Positions 18,868 to 27,632 of a DNA stretch of 32,000 nucleotides are shown here, piece by piece. Both the position numbers and the translations under genes were made by a program. The notes under the pieces were generated by a model. It searched no databases and was not told where the DNA came from. It saw nothing but the letters and a program-made list of their open reading frames with translations. The DNA lies in contig NZ_LT934425.1 in NCBI RefSeq assembly GCF_900232105.1, positions 3,510,001-3,542,000 on the forward strand, written 5' to 3'. Every line of letters starts with the position of its first letter. Within the stretch, counting starts at the first letter, position 1. Origin of the DNA: Candidatus Kuenenia stuttgartensis. Its GTDB lineage: Bacteria > Planctomycetota > Brocadiia > Brocadiales > Brocadiaceae.

Positions 18868-19589
18868 TTTACTGCCACCATTCCACAAAAGTTATACCAC
18901 TTGAAAAATACGTCACAATACCGGAAACCTTCCTTTAACAGAAGTTCTCTGTTTTCCAGGAGTTTATATGGAATCAATACATTTTCAAGCGCCTCACGTT
19001 TCTGGGAGATTTCCAATTCGCTGTACCCATTTCGTTTTTTCATATCATAATAGTATTTTATAAAGAGACGGTTGAATAACGAATCTTCCCCGAGCACTTT
19101 TTCTACAAGGATAAGGCATCCGTTTTCATTTAATCCCCTCACTATATCACTGATTACTTTGTCCCGTTTTAATGGTCTGATGAATTGAAGCGTTAAAACC
19201 ATGAGTACCACCGATGCATTTTCGACCGCAACGCCGTGATTCAAATCGCTGCAGATCAATTCGTATTCTCCGGCAAAACGGCGCTTGGAGAGAGTCTGTT
19301 TGCACCTGGCAAGCATGTCCTGCGAGGAATCGATACCAATGAATTTTACTTTACGGCTAATATTTTCACCTATATTGATGAGGGTGGTGCCGGTTGAGCA
19401 ACCAAGATCATATACATTCGTTCCTTCGACAGCAAAATCAACGGCCATTTCCACGATCATCCTCTGGATTTCCTGATAAAAAGGAATAGAACGTTCCAGC
19501 ATATCGTCAAACACGGAAGCGACCTTCTCTCCAAAGACAAAGTCCGCCACTGCCGGCACATTGTCTTTGAATATTTCATCCTTTGACAT
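18864..19589 (-). CDS. cmoA: CmoA-like SAM-dependent methyltransferase / carboxy-SAM synthase
   Basis: 'DEIFKDNVPAVADFVFGEKVASVFDDMLERSIPFYQEIQRMI...GTNVYDLGCSTG', 'VVLMVLTLQFIRPLKRDKV', 'KRNGYSELEISQKREALENVLIP', 'WYNFCGMVAVK' follow CmoA closely. ATG at 19589 preferred over TTG 19604. Confidence 0.7.
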   Translation of the reverse strand: MSKDEIFKDNVPAVADFVFGEKVASVFDDMLERSIPFYQEIQRMIVEMAVDFAVEGTNVYDLGCSTGTTLINIGENISRKVKFIGIDSSQDMLARCKQTLSKRRFAGEYELICSDLNHGVAVENASVVLMVLTLQFIRPLKRDKVISDIVRGLNENGCLILVEKVLGEDSLFNRLFIKYYYDMKKRNGYSELEISQKREALENVLIPYKLLENRELLLKEGFRYCDVFFKWYNFCGMVAVK

Positions 19590-19600
19590 AGGCGAATTCC

Positions 19601-19966
19601 TCAACTTTCCTCAAGCGGAGTTTGCGTGGAAGCGGATGCCGTTGCCGCAAGCTTATGCTGCCTGATCAAATGGAGATTGCGCATATAGATCAGAGAGTTC
19701 GGCAGGTAGGCTAATATGCCGACAGGACTACGTTCCATAATCCAATAAACGCACATGATCATGCTTCCCGCTATACTCCAATACCAGAATGATACGGGAA
19801 TGACACTCTTTCCCTTCTTTTCCGAGGCAATCCACTGTATAAAAAACCGTGTGGAGAAGACCGCATTGCCAATAAACCCAAGTATCGTAAGGTAGCTCCA
19901 GTCGAGTCCGAACAGGCGATGTTGTTTGCCAAACCAGGTAACAGCCAATGTCATATGCTCAACCAT
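19601..19966 (-). CDS. Lipid-A-disaccharide synthase N-terminal-domain-like (LABNTD) membrane protein
   Basis: 'GFIGNAVFSTRFFIQWIASEKKGKSVIPVSFWYWSIAGSMIMCVYWIMERSPVGILAYLPNSLIYMRNL'. RBS AAGGAG before the ATG. Confidence 0.85.
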   Translation of the reverse strand: MVEHMTLAVTWFGKQHRLFGLDWSYLTILGFIGNAVFSTRFFIQWIASEKKGKSVIPVSFWYWSIAGSMIMCVYWIMERSPVGILAYLPNSLIYMRNLHLIRQHKLAATASASTQTPLEES

Positions 19967-20158
19967 AAAAAATTCTCCTTGTTTTTAAAATTTCTTATTA
20001 ATACATTCGCCCTTTATCATCCAATTGCACAATCAATGGATCAAAAAAAACTCCAAAACCTAACCCAATCACCGTTATACTGCTGTCCGGCAAATGCAAC
20101 TATGACAATACTTGTTCTTCAGAAAGAACCGTAATTGTATGCATGTCATAGCTTTCAA

Positions 20159-21769
20159 TTATTTCTCACTTTTCAATACAATGTATGCGCTATCCCGGTC
20201 TACAATATGGAAGCTATTTCTCAGCAACCAATCCTTTTTTTTCTGAAAGGAATGCAAAGTCATTACAAAGTAAATGGGTTTTCCCTTGTCGAAATTGGCT
20301 GTTTGAAGTGATGCATCCGGGTTTATTTCTATTACATTTCTGTCGCTGTAAAAGACTAAGCTCGGCAATGTCTTGGCATAACTGAGAAGAGTGCAATCAT
20401 TTGTTTCATACAGATGGCTTTTATTAACAATGTCCCTGGTAGAACGAAAGGTTCCCACATATGTCACTACAAATATAATAACAGCCAGGAGGAATAAACC
20501 ATGCGTGAAACAATACACCTTCAGTAACGATAAAAAGCCTTTTTTGTAATAAATGGCGTAAAACGCGGTCGGTGCTACAATGAAAAGAATCATAACGGGA
20601 ATGACAACATGATATGTTGGCATTGTATAATTCGCGGGAACCCACTTTGACATGGTGGAAATCAAAACCATGGGGAGTGCTACTGAAAACCCCAACGAAA
20701 GCCATGATATCCACCGAATACTTTTTCCTGCGATGCCTTCTTTTTCCCATCGGTAAAGCGAAATAGTGAGCAATGCAATGGCAGGAGAAATGGGAAGAAT
20801 GTAGGTCATCAATTTCGAGCGCGAAAGGGAAAAAAAGACCAGGGCAAGGACAAACCATATGCAAAAAAAATATACTCGTCTTTTTTCCTCAACAGGCAAG
20901 ACAGTCCGTTTTTTGAAGATATTGAAAAATACCGCGCATAAGAACAACGACCATGGAAAATAACCCGCCAGGATCACCGGCAGGTAATAGTAAAATGGCT
21001 CCTGATGGGCATAACCATGAATAATCCGTCCTGTCGTTTCCTGTGTAATTAATCCGAAAATCTGTTTCGTGCCTAAAGAGAGCCAGAAAGGGATACCCCA
21101 TGCACAAATAACGCCCAGAAAAAGCAGGAATCCTGGTAAATACCAAAGCTTCCTGACAAATCGAAGGTCGCGCATCCATGCGAGAAAACAGAGTATGGTT
21201 AAAACAACCAACAGTACCCCTACCGGCCCCTTTACGAGAAATACCATGCCCAGTAAGAAAAAAAGAAAACATTTTCTGGGCATGTTCTTGTTTTTTTCCG
21301 TGTATTCAACAAAGAAAAGGTACAGGCTGGCGCTGATAAAAAAGGTAAGGAGTATGTCGGTAATACATAATCGGGAAACAAGGAAAAAGAGAGGGCTTGA
21401 TATTAGAACCATACCTGCCCAAAAGCCACTCTTACGGCTTTCATACCTCTTCCCTAGCAGGTATGTTATCAATACCGTACCAATAGCCGCCATAGCGGAT
21501 GGGAATCGCGCACCAAATTCGTTTATTCCAAAGACCTTATAGGAACAGGCAACCATCCAATAAAAGAGCGGTGGCTTGTTAATACGTGGTTCCCCGTTAA
21601 AAAACGGTACAATCCAGTTGTTGTCTAACACCATTCCCCGTGCAGTGGCGGCATAACGAGGCTCATCGGGATCCATGAGCGGTATTGCCCATGTATAGAA
21701 TAGGAAAAAAAAGAGGCCCAATAAAAATAGACAGAGAATGAAAGGAATGTCCTTTTTTGTTATACGCAC
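20159..21769 (-). CDS. ArnT-like (GT39) membrane glycosyltransferase
   Basis: 'PLMDPDEPRYAATARGMVLDNNWIVPFFNGEPRINKPPLFYWMVACSYKVFG' is a classic ArnT/PMT N-terminal signature; multiple TM segments. Confidence 0.9.
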   Translation of the reverse strand: MRITKKDIPFILCLFLLGLFFFLFYTWAIPLMDPDEPRYAATARGMVLDNNWIVPFFNGEPRINKPPLFYWMVACSYKVFGINEFGARFPSAMAAIGTVLITYLLGKRYESRKSGFWAGMVLISSPLFFLVSRLCITDILLTFFISASLYLFFVEYTEKNKNMPRKCFLFFLLGMVFLVKGPVGVLLVVLTILCFLAWMRDLRFVRKLWYLPGFLLFLGVICAWGIPFWLSLGTKQIFGLITQETTGRIIHGYAHQEPFYYYLPVILAGYFPWSLFLCAVFFNIFKKRTVLPVEEKRRVYFFCIWFVLALVFFSLSRSKLMTYILPISPAIALLTISLYRWEKEGIAGKSIRWISWLSLGFSVALPMVLISTMSKWVPANYTMPTYHVVIPVMILFIVAPTAFYAIYYKKGFLSLLKVYCFTHGLFLLAVIIFVVTYVGTFRSTRDIVNKSHLYETNDCTLLSYAKTLPSLVFYSDRNVIEINPDASLQTANFDKGKPIYFVMTLHSFQKKKDWLLRNSFHIVDRDSAYIVLKSEK

Positions 21770-22418
21770 TAAAATACCATTTTAAAAAATAAGGTGCCCT
21801 ATTTAAGTATAATTTTTATGATTTTTGGCAGTATGTAGACACTTTTGCCAGTTCTTAATGACCCAAAATGATACGAAACATATGCAGGCGAACCTGAAAG
21901 GATCGCACTACGGTAACTTTTACTATAAGATATGGTATATGAATACGAGATTAACGCAGGATTACATTTTTGTAATTTTAGAGAAGTAAACAGCGGCAAG
22001 AAAATTAAGCGTAAAAATGTCATTCTTAAAATATTCAGATGTATTAAGGAAAAGCAGGTTCAGGCTAAGATGCCAACAAAAACCGACCTACCAATCTATG
22101 TACGCAGTTTCTGACGCAATTCGAGGGATAGATAAGCCGTTAAGCCAGTAAATACCAGGGGTCATCCTTTGAGGGTAGCAAAAGAGGGAGCAAGGAGGCC
22201 CGGCACTACAAATCAAAAGAGAGCCGTAATGATTGTCCGTTAATTACGCTATCCCTTACCGTTGATGAAGAGGGATTTTCCCAAACAGAGCAAGGTTTTC
22301 GGGGGCAATGCATCAGAGCCTGATATCCTGAAAGATATTTTGGCGGGATTAAAAAAAGAAGTCGGTATGTTTTCAAATTATGTAACTATTCAACGTAAAC
22401 ATTACTCGACTCCTGGCG

Positions 22419-22551
22419 GGTTCAGGTTGCAAACCAATGTCATTAAGTTCTGCTACCTGCCATAAAAATCCCCCTTAGAAAAGGGGGATAAAGGGGGGTT
22501 GTTTTTAATCAAATATCCTTAACATAATGACATTGGTTTGCAACCTGAACC
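22419..22551. repeat. 133-bp MITE-like inverted-repeat element, longer relative of the 12100 element
   Basis: GGTTCAGGTTGCAAACCAATGTCATTA ... TAATGACATTGGTTTGCAACCTGAACC: 27-bp perfect TIR. The core 'CCCCCTTAGAAAAGGGGGATAAAGGGGG' is shared with 12100-12199. Confidence 0.85.
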
Positions 22552-22782
22552 TATGAGTTTATGTGTATAATGTGGCCATGTACTGCGGTAAAATTCCAAT
22601 GCCCAAAGCCCGAAATCCCAAGCTCGAAAATAAGACTACAAAAATAGTTTAAGTACAGATACTACAACACAATATGGTTATAAAACCATTTTCATAGTTT
22701 CTGGGTATTGCAAATGTAACATGATGACTGGTGACTTATTTTGTCCTTACAAGGGCATCAGCTTGTCATTACAATGGACTCG

Positions 22783-22990
22783 GCTTGTCATTGCGAGGGT
22801 CTTTTCCGAAGCAATCTCATAAACCATCATAGAGATCCTTCCCTCCTGCATTCATCCCATTAATTAATTCTATTTTTTTAGCCCTTGAGCCACCCTTAAT
22901 TTGCTTCTCCCGCGATATGACGTTTCTTACGTCACGAAATATCTCGTAGTATACTGATTGCTTCGGAAAAGACCCCTCGCAATGACAAGC
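22783..22990. repeat. 208-bp inverted-repeat element of the GTCATTGCGAGG / GAAGCAATC dispersed type
   Basis: Left arm GCTTGTCATTGCGAGGGTCTTTTCCGAAGCAATC (22783-22816); right arm reverse complement GCTTGTCATTGCGAGGGGTCTTTTCCGAAGCAATC (22956-22990); they differ by one G. Confidence 0.85.
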
Positions 22991-23162
22991 TGAGACCCCC
23001 CTGCAATGACAAACTGATACCTTTGCCATTACGTACCCAATCAGATACTTCACTATGTTCAGTACAAGGTTTGAGAACGAGTTGTGCTTCGGTAGTTTAA
23101 TGGATTACGCTGAATAGTTACGTTTTGTTTCGTATTTCGTATTTTTTATTTCCTGTTTGTTT

Positions 23163-23186
23163 GGTTCTGGCTATGCCAGCTTAGGG
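23163..23186. repeat. Dispersed 24-nt repeat, copy 1
   Basis: GGTTCTGGCTATGCCAGCTTAGGG, containing palindrome CTGGC-TAT-GCCAG; identical copy at 26181. Confidence 0.85.
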
Positions 23187-23743
23187 TAAACACATCTTAA
23201 TCATTGTAAAATCAATGATATATATATATATGTTGCACGGTATATTTATATCACTGCACAATGTGTTGGGGATGGCGGCGGGTTTTTATTTATGGCAACT
23301 TCGTCTTCGTGGATAGGGAGGAGGATATTAGCGGTAGCTGCAGGGAGAAAACTGCCCTGAGCGTCCGAATACTACAGGCCGGGTTCAGATTTGCAATCTG
23401 AATCCACTTGATGTTTTTTATCTGTGCTCATCTTCGAAATCTGCCGGGGAAAAAGTATTTTCAGGCGAATGGTTGATTGCTTTATTTACAGGAGCAGCTA
23501 TGGACATAGTTTTCGCCTGTTTAAAAGAAAACAGGCTGTCCGTGAATAGAGAATCCCGCAAAAATCCAGCTGTTAATATATGATGACTTATTATAGAAGA
23601 AAATTGCGAAAAACTGAATTCCCGGACAGCCTGAAAAGATAATAAAGAACATTTTGCCTGTTAGGCAGTGAATACATTACGAAAGAAAGTTTGTGCCATT
23701 ACAAACCACTGAAATCCATCCTTAACAAACGTGGCTTCCTCCG

Positions 23744-24526
23744 TTATTTCTTCACTGTGGCTTCTTCCACGATTACATTATATTTATAACCGCTGCCAAA
23801 ATCCTTATCCTTATAGAGAGTGCCGCTTACCGTAACAATATCACCGACAGAAGGTTGATCTTTTGTGGTGACTACGAGGTCTGTATTATTCTTATCCTGG
23901 CTTCCGCTTCCGTCCTGAAGATGCAGCCAGTTCTTACCCATAATGCCAACAGAAACTTTAATTACTTTACCCTTCACAATGACCTTTTTATTGTTAAGCT
24001 TCTTGCTGTTTTCATAAAGTTCCTCTACGGTATAAGCGTCCGCCCCTGTAGCTTTTTCCACAGAGATATTTTCATTTGTTGTAACGCTGATGCCCTTGCT
24101 GCCTTTGGTAGTGTATGAAGGAGCTTCTTGCCCTGAATCCGCCAGACCGTTGGAAAAAATGATTTTGTCAAATGTTCTGTTCAAGGTCTTGCTTTCAAAG
24201 CCGGTCATTTCAAAACCTGGTTGCAAAACAACTTCCTGCCCCACGGATACGGTTGTTTCCGGTATGGCTACCCATGTTTTTTTCCCGTAGTCATCAATGC
24301 AGAGATACGTATAGCCGCCACTGTTCATTGTTTCTGCAATTTTTCCGGCAAGAAAATAGCCGCCCTCGTTTTGCGCTTCATGCGAATGTTCCTGTGAATA
24401 ATTACTATGTGTATAGTCACGAGAGGGTTCTTCCACCGATTTCATTTGATAGGCAAAAGTATTTTCTGCGATTATTACGGAAGATAATGTTAGCGATAAA
24501 GCAAATACAAATACAATCTTTTTCAT
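23744..24526 (-). CDS. Exported protein with OB-fold (nucleic-acid-binding/tRNA_anti-like) domains
   Basis: Signal peptide 'MKKIVFVFALSLTLSSVIIAENTFA'; 'GKIAETMNSGGYTYLCIDDYGKKTWVAIPE...LNRTFDKIIF' and 'NNKKVIVKGKVIKVSVGIMGKNWLHLQDGSG...DLVVTTKDQPSVGDIVTVSGTLYKDKDFGSGYKYNVIVEEATV'. Confidence 0.7.
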   Translation of the reverse strand: MKKIVFVFALSLTLSSVIIAENTFAYQMKSVEEPSRDYTHSNYSQEHSHEAQNEGGYFLAGKIAETMNSGGYTYLCIDDYGKKTWVAIPETTVSVGQEVVLQPGFEMTGFESKTLNRTFDKIIFSNGLADSGQEAPSYTTKGSKGISVTTNENISVEKATGADAYTVEELYENSKKLNNKKVIVKGKVIKVSVGIMGKNWLHLQDGSGSQDKNNTDLVVTTKDQPSVGDIVTVSGTLYKDKDFGSGYKYNVIVEEATVKK

Positions 24527-25018
24527 TATAAAGTCTCCTACTCTATTTTACTAAGTTTTCAGGTGAAATAATGTACTGTTTAATGTATTAACGTTAAGCT
24601 GCAACACTTGCAGACTCCATTCGGCGGAGCTGTTATGCGGCAAGCAAGAAAAAAGGTTGTTTTTCAGCAAAAATACTGCAGTACGTAATGAAATCGGCCA
24701 ATGAAAAAATGATACTCACTTTATCATGATAAAACAAGAATTTTATTATCCATTAATTTGTTGCAGGTTTGTCTATTCCGCCTCATATTTCATGCATACA
24801 TGTTTTCAAATAGGAGAGGCGTAAAGGGTAAAATTACACTGCGTGCATGGCCGCAACCAGGACAACCCTGCACCTTCTCACCTTAGCAACCGGGGAATTA
24901 CCAGAGTAGGGGAGAAGCATTTGACTGTGTACAGTAGACTAGTTCAATTAGAGTGGAGTTAACGCGTGTGCAGCAACATTTTACGTCCGAATCTTATATA
25001 CAGGCAAATGTTTCGCCC

Positions 25019-25714
25019 CTACATTTCTAAAATCAGATTTGTTTGACTATATATTATGTCTATGAGCCTTTCTGCTATATCTTGTTTTGTATTGCACGTT
25101 GCCACCAGTTCCTGATGTGAATTAATGATATAACCGGGATGTTTATCCCCTAAAATCTCATGCTGGTCATTTGCTACCACAAAATCCGCTTTATTTTTCA
25201 GCAAGGAGGCATAGGCCCTTTTCATGAGTTCATCATGGGGAATCCCCGCTTCTAATTTAAAACTGATGAGCAGCAAACGGGGCCAAAGCTCTTTTATTAA
25301 CTTTATTATTTTCGGAGTTTTTATAAACCGTATGGTAATCTCATTGCTATGGGAAGACACTTTTCCTTCGACCGGTTGTTCAGGGATATAATCCAGCACC
25401 GCCATGGCGTGGACAACGGCGTCAAAGACTTTCCCCTGTAAACCCTCCCGGAATAATTTTGACAGATCCTGTATCGTTTCTATTTCAATGAGGGTAAGCC
25501 GGTTACCCGTTTCTTTTCCTAAGCAAGTAACATCAGGAATAATACTTCCTGTGCCATACGCCATTGTGACGTCAGCCTCCCTTTTAAGCGCTTCGGTTGC
25601 TATTGCAGCCCCCAATCTGCCGGAAGATTTATTGCTTATATATCTGACGTCGTCTATATAACCCCTTGTAGGTCCTGAAGTTATAAGTATGTTTAACCTC
25701 TTTTTATCTTCCAT
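25019..25714 (-). CDS. Stand-alone CoaB-like protein (phosphopantothenate-cysteine ligase domain)
   Basis: 'NILITSGPTRGYIDDVRYISNKSSGRLGAAIATEALKREADVTMAYGTG', 'FDAVVHAMAVLDYIP', 'LISFKLEAG', 'ADFVVANDQHEI'. Start taken at MEDKKRLN rather than the 25894 track start. Confidence 0.8.
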   Translation of the reverse strand: MEDKKRLNILITSGPTRGYIDDVRYISNKSSGRLGAAIATEALKREADVTMAYGTGSIIPDVTCLGKETGNRLTLIEIETIQDLSKLFREGLQGKVFDAVVHAMAVLDYIPEQPVEGKVSSHSNEITIRFIKTPKIIKLIKELWPRLLLISFKLEAGIPHDELMKRAYASLLKNKADFVVANDQHEILGDKHPGYIINSHQELVATCNTKQDIAERLIDIIYSQTNLILEM

Positions 25715-25888
25715 CTGCTTAACGCGGCCTTTTAAAAAATTTGAGCGATTGGCAATAAGGTGATTTTCTGAAAAACTCTGTGAAAAACATGTTTTCTCCA
25801 CCAACGTGGGAAGTGTATCAATTTGACAAAGCGGATGCAAGGTCCTGCTTGCCGTTATCGGCAATATAGTACAAGGCAAGTGGGATTG

Positions 25889-26016
25889 TAACACTTTCGT
25901 TTTTTGAAAAACGTAAGAGCGAGAGACGAAGCACGAGAGACGAGGGATGTCCGTTGTACCAGCATCGTACGGAAAACAGCGCTATTATTGGAATTTTTCA
26001 AAAAACTAAAGTGTTA
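25889..26016. repeat. Inverted repeat with 23-nt arms (22/23 match)
   Basis: TAACACTTTCGTTTTTTGAAAAA (25889-25911) versus reverse complement TAACACTTTAGTTTTTTGAAAAA of 25994-26016. Confidence 0.75.
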
Positions 26017-26180
26017 AAGATTGTTGCAATAATCATTGTTCCATTTATGGTGTATTATGGCATTTTTTATTTGCAAATAGGGTGTTGGCATAGTAAAAGA
26101 ATAGCCAAAGCATCCAAATCCCATTTTCCCTTAATGGTGAAATCCGAAATTCAAAACAAATTCCCATTTCGTGCTTGATA

Positions 26181-26204
26181 GGTTCTGGCTATGCCAGCTT
26201 AGGG
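26181..26204. repeat. Dispersed 24-nt repeat, copy 2
   Basis: GGTTCTGGCTATGCCAGCTTAGGG, identical to 23163-23186. Confidence 0.85.
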
Positions 26205-26350
26205 GGAAAGGAGTCCGGGCAACGATAGAAAACATTAGGTTTTTGTTACAAATTGAACCTTCAAAATAAAGCGTTCGTATTTTTGATATGTTGTATCTGC
26301 CGCAAGTATTGTATTGTAAACTCAATGGCATTTTATAGGAAAAACGGAGT

Positions 26351-27568
26351 ATGAAAAGCTCAAAACAAATAATAAAAACAGCGATGTATATTTTAGGTTT
26401 CACCGCATTGATTAGCGGCTGGCAAGGTAAAGGCATACACGCAGATGATCTGGTGGATAAGTTGGCGATAGACCAGCAAACCCACCGCAGGGTCAGCCGC
26501 ACAGGTGTTGTTGCAGTTGACAGGGAAAAAGCGGCTATGGGATATATTCTTTTTACTCCAATGAATAATACCTGCGGCGAAGTATTTCTTATTGATACGA
26601 ATGACGGCAAGGTGGTGCATCAGTGGAATTTGCCTTATGCCCCAGGTGTGTATGGCTATTTACTGCCGAATGGCAATCTTTTCTATAACGGGCAGGTTGA
26701 GGATGACGGCGCCTGGGATCTGTGGCCAAACTGGAACAGTTTTAAAGGGGGCATTATGATGGAAGTGGACTGGAAAGGAAATATTGTATGGGAGCTTCGC
26801 AATCCCTACCATCACCATGACGGCAGGCGTACTTCTTCCGGAGGCGCCATTTACCTGGCGGTGGAAAAACTGTCAGAGGAGATAAGAGACCAGGTACAAG
26901 GGGGGACTGAAGGTTCCAGCAAAAAAGGCGATATGTGGGCGGATATTATTATAGAGGTAGATGCGAATGGAAGTCAGGTATGGAAGTGGCATGCGAAGGA
27001 TCACCTTGATTTTGATACGGATGTTATTCAATCAAATTGCCCCAGGGATGAATGGACGCACGCAAATGCCGTTGTCCCGTTAGAAGATGACAACCAGGTA
27101 ATGGTGAGTTTTAGAAATATCTCTACCGTTGGAATTATTGACAAGAATACCGGGAAATTTGTCTGGAAGCTCGGACACTCTGTCTTTGCCCAGCAACATG
27201 ACCCACGCATCCTTAAGAATGGCAATATACTTGTATTCGATAACGGACAGCAACGGAAGTCTGAACCCGTCCCCTATTCCAGAGTAATAGAACTAAACCG
27301 GGATACAAAAGAGATTGTGTGGCGATACCGTGATGTGCCGGCAATTAATTTTTTCAGCCCTACAATATCGGGGGCGCAAAGATTATCAAACGGGAATACC
27401 CTTATCACCGAAGGGTGTTTTGGCCGCATATTTCAGGTAACATCCGACAAGGAAGTGGTATGGGAATATGTAAGTCCTTATTTTTATGCGAATAAAGAAG
27501 ATGTGATTGATAATTCCATTTTTAAAGCCACATTTTATACCGCAGAGGAAATTCCTAATTTACGATAA
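26351..27568 (+). CDS. Exported arylsulfotransferase (ASST)-like beta-propeller protein
   Basis: Signal-like N terminus; 'GYILFTPMNNTCGEVFLIDTNDGKVVHQWNLPYAPGVYGYLLPNGNLFYNG', 'ANAVVPLEDDNQVMVSFRNISTVGIIDKNTGKFVWKLGH', 'QQHDPRILKNGNILVFDNG', 'GAQRLSNGNTLITEGCFGRIFQVTSDKEVVWEY'. Confidence 0.8.
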   Translation: MKSSKQIIKTAMYILGFTALISGWQGKGIHADDLVDKLAIDQQTHRRVSRTGVVAVDREKAAMGYILFTPMNNTCGEVFLIDTNDGKVVHQWNLPYAPGVYGYLLPNGNLFYNGQVEDDGAWDLWPNWNSFKGGIMMEVDWKGNIVWELRNPYHHHDGRRTSSGGAIYLAVEKLSEEIRDQVQGGTEGSSKKGDMWADIIIEVDANGSQVWKWHAKDHLDFDTDVIQSNCPRDEWTHANAVVPLEDDNQVMVSFRNISTVGIIDKNTGKFVWKLGHSVFAQQHDPRILKNGNILVFDNGQQRKSEPVPYSRVIELNRDTKEIVWRYRDVPAINFFSPTISGAQRLSNGNTLITEGCFGRIFQVTSDKEVVWEYVSPYFYANKEDVIDNSIFKATFYTAEEIPNLR

Positions 27569-27632
27569 CATAGTAGGGACATGGCATGCCATGTCCCTAC
27601 TATGCAAGAACCCGAGGAGGGGAATTTTTGAG

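Noticed and set aside
22262-22465. 67-aa ORF 'MMKRDFPKQSKVFGG...'
   Set aside because: No family recognised and its 3' end runs into the 22419-22551 repeat, so the C terminus is repeat-derived.
22817-23053. 78-aa minus-strand ORF containing 'CHCRGVSACHCEGSFPKQ'
   Set aside because: Translation of the GTCATTGCGAGG repeat element; a typical spurious call, not a cysteine-rich peptide.
22419-23405. Possible CRISPR array among the clustered repeats
   Set aside because: Repeats are different families arranged as inverted pairs, not regularly spaced direct repeats with unique spacers.
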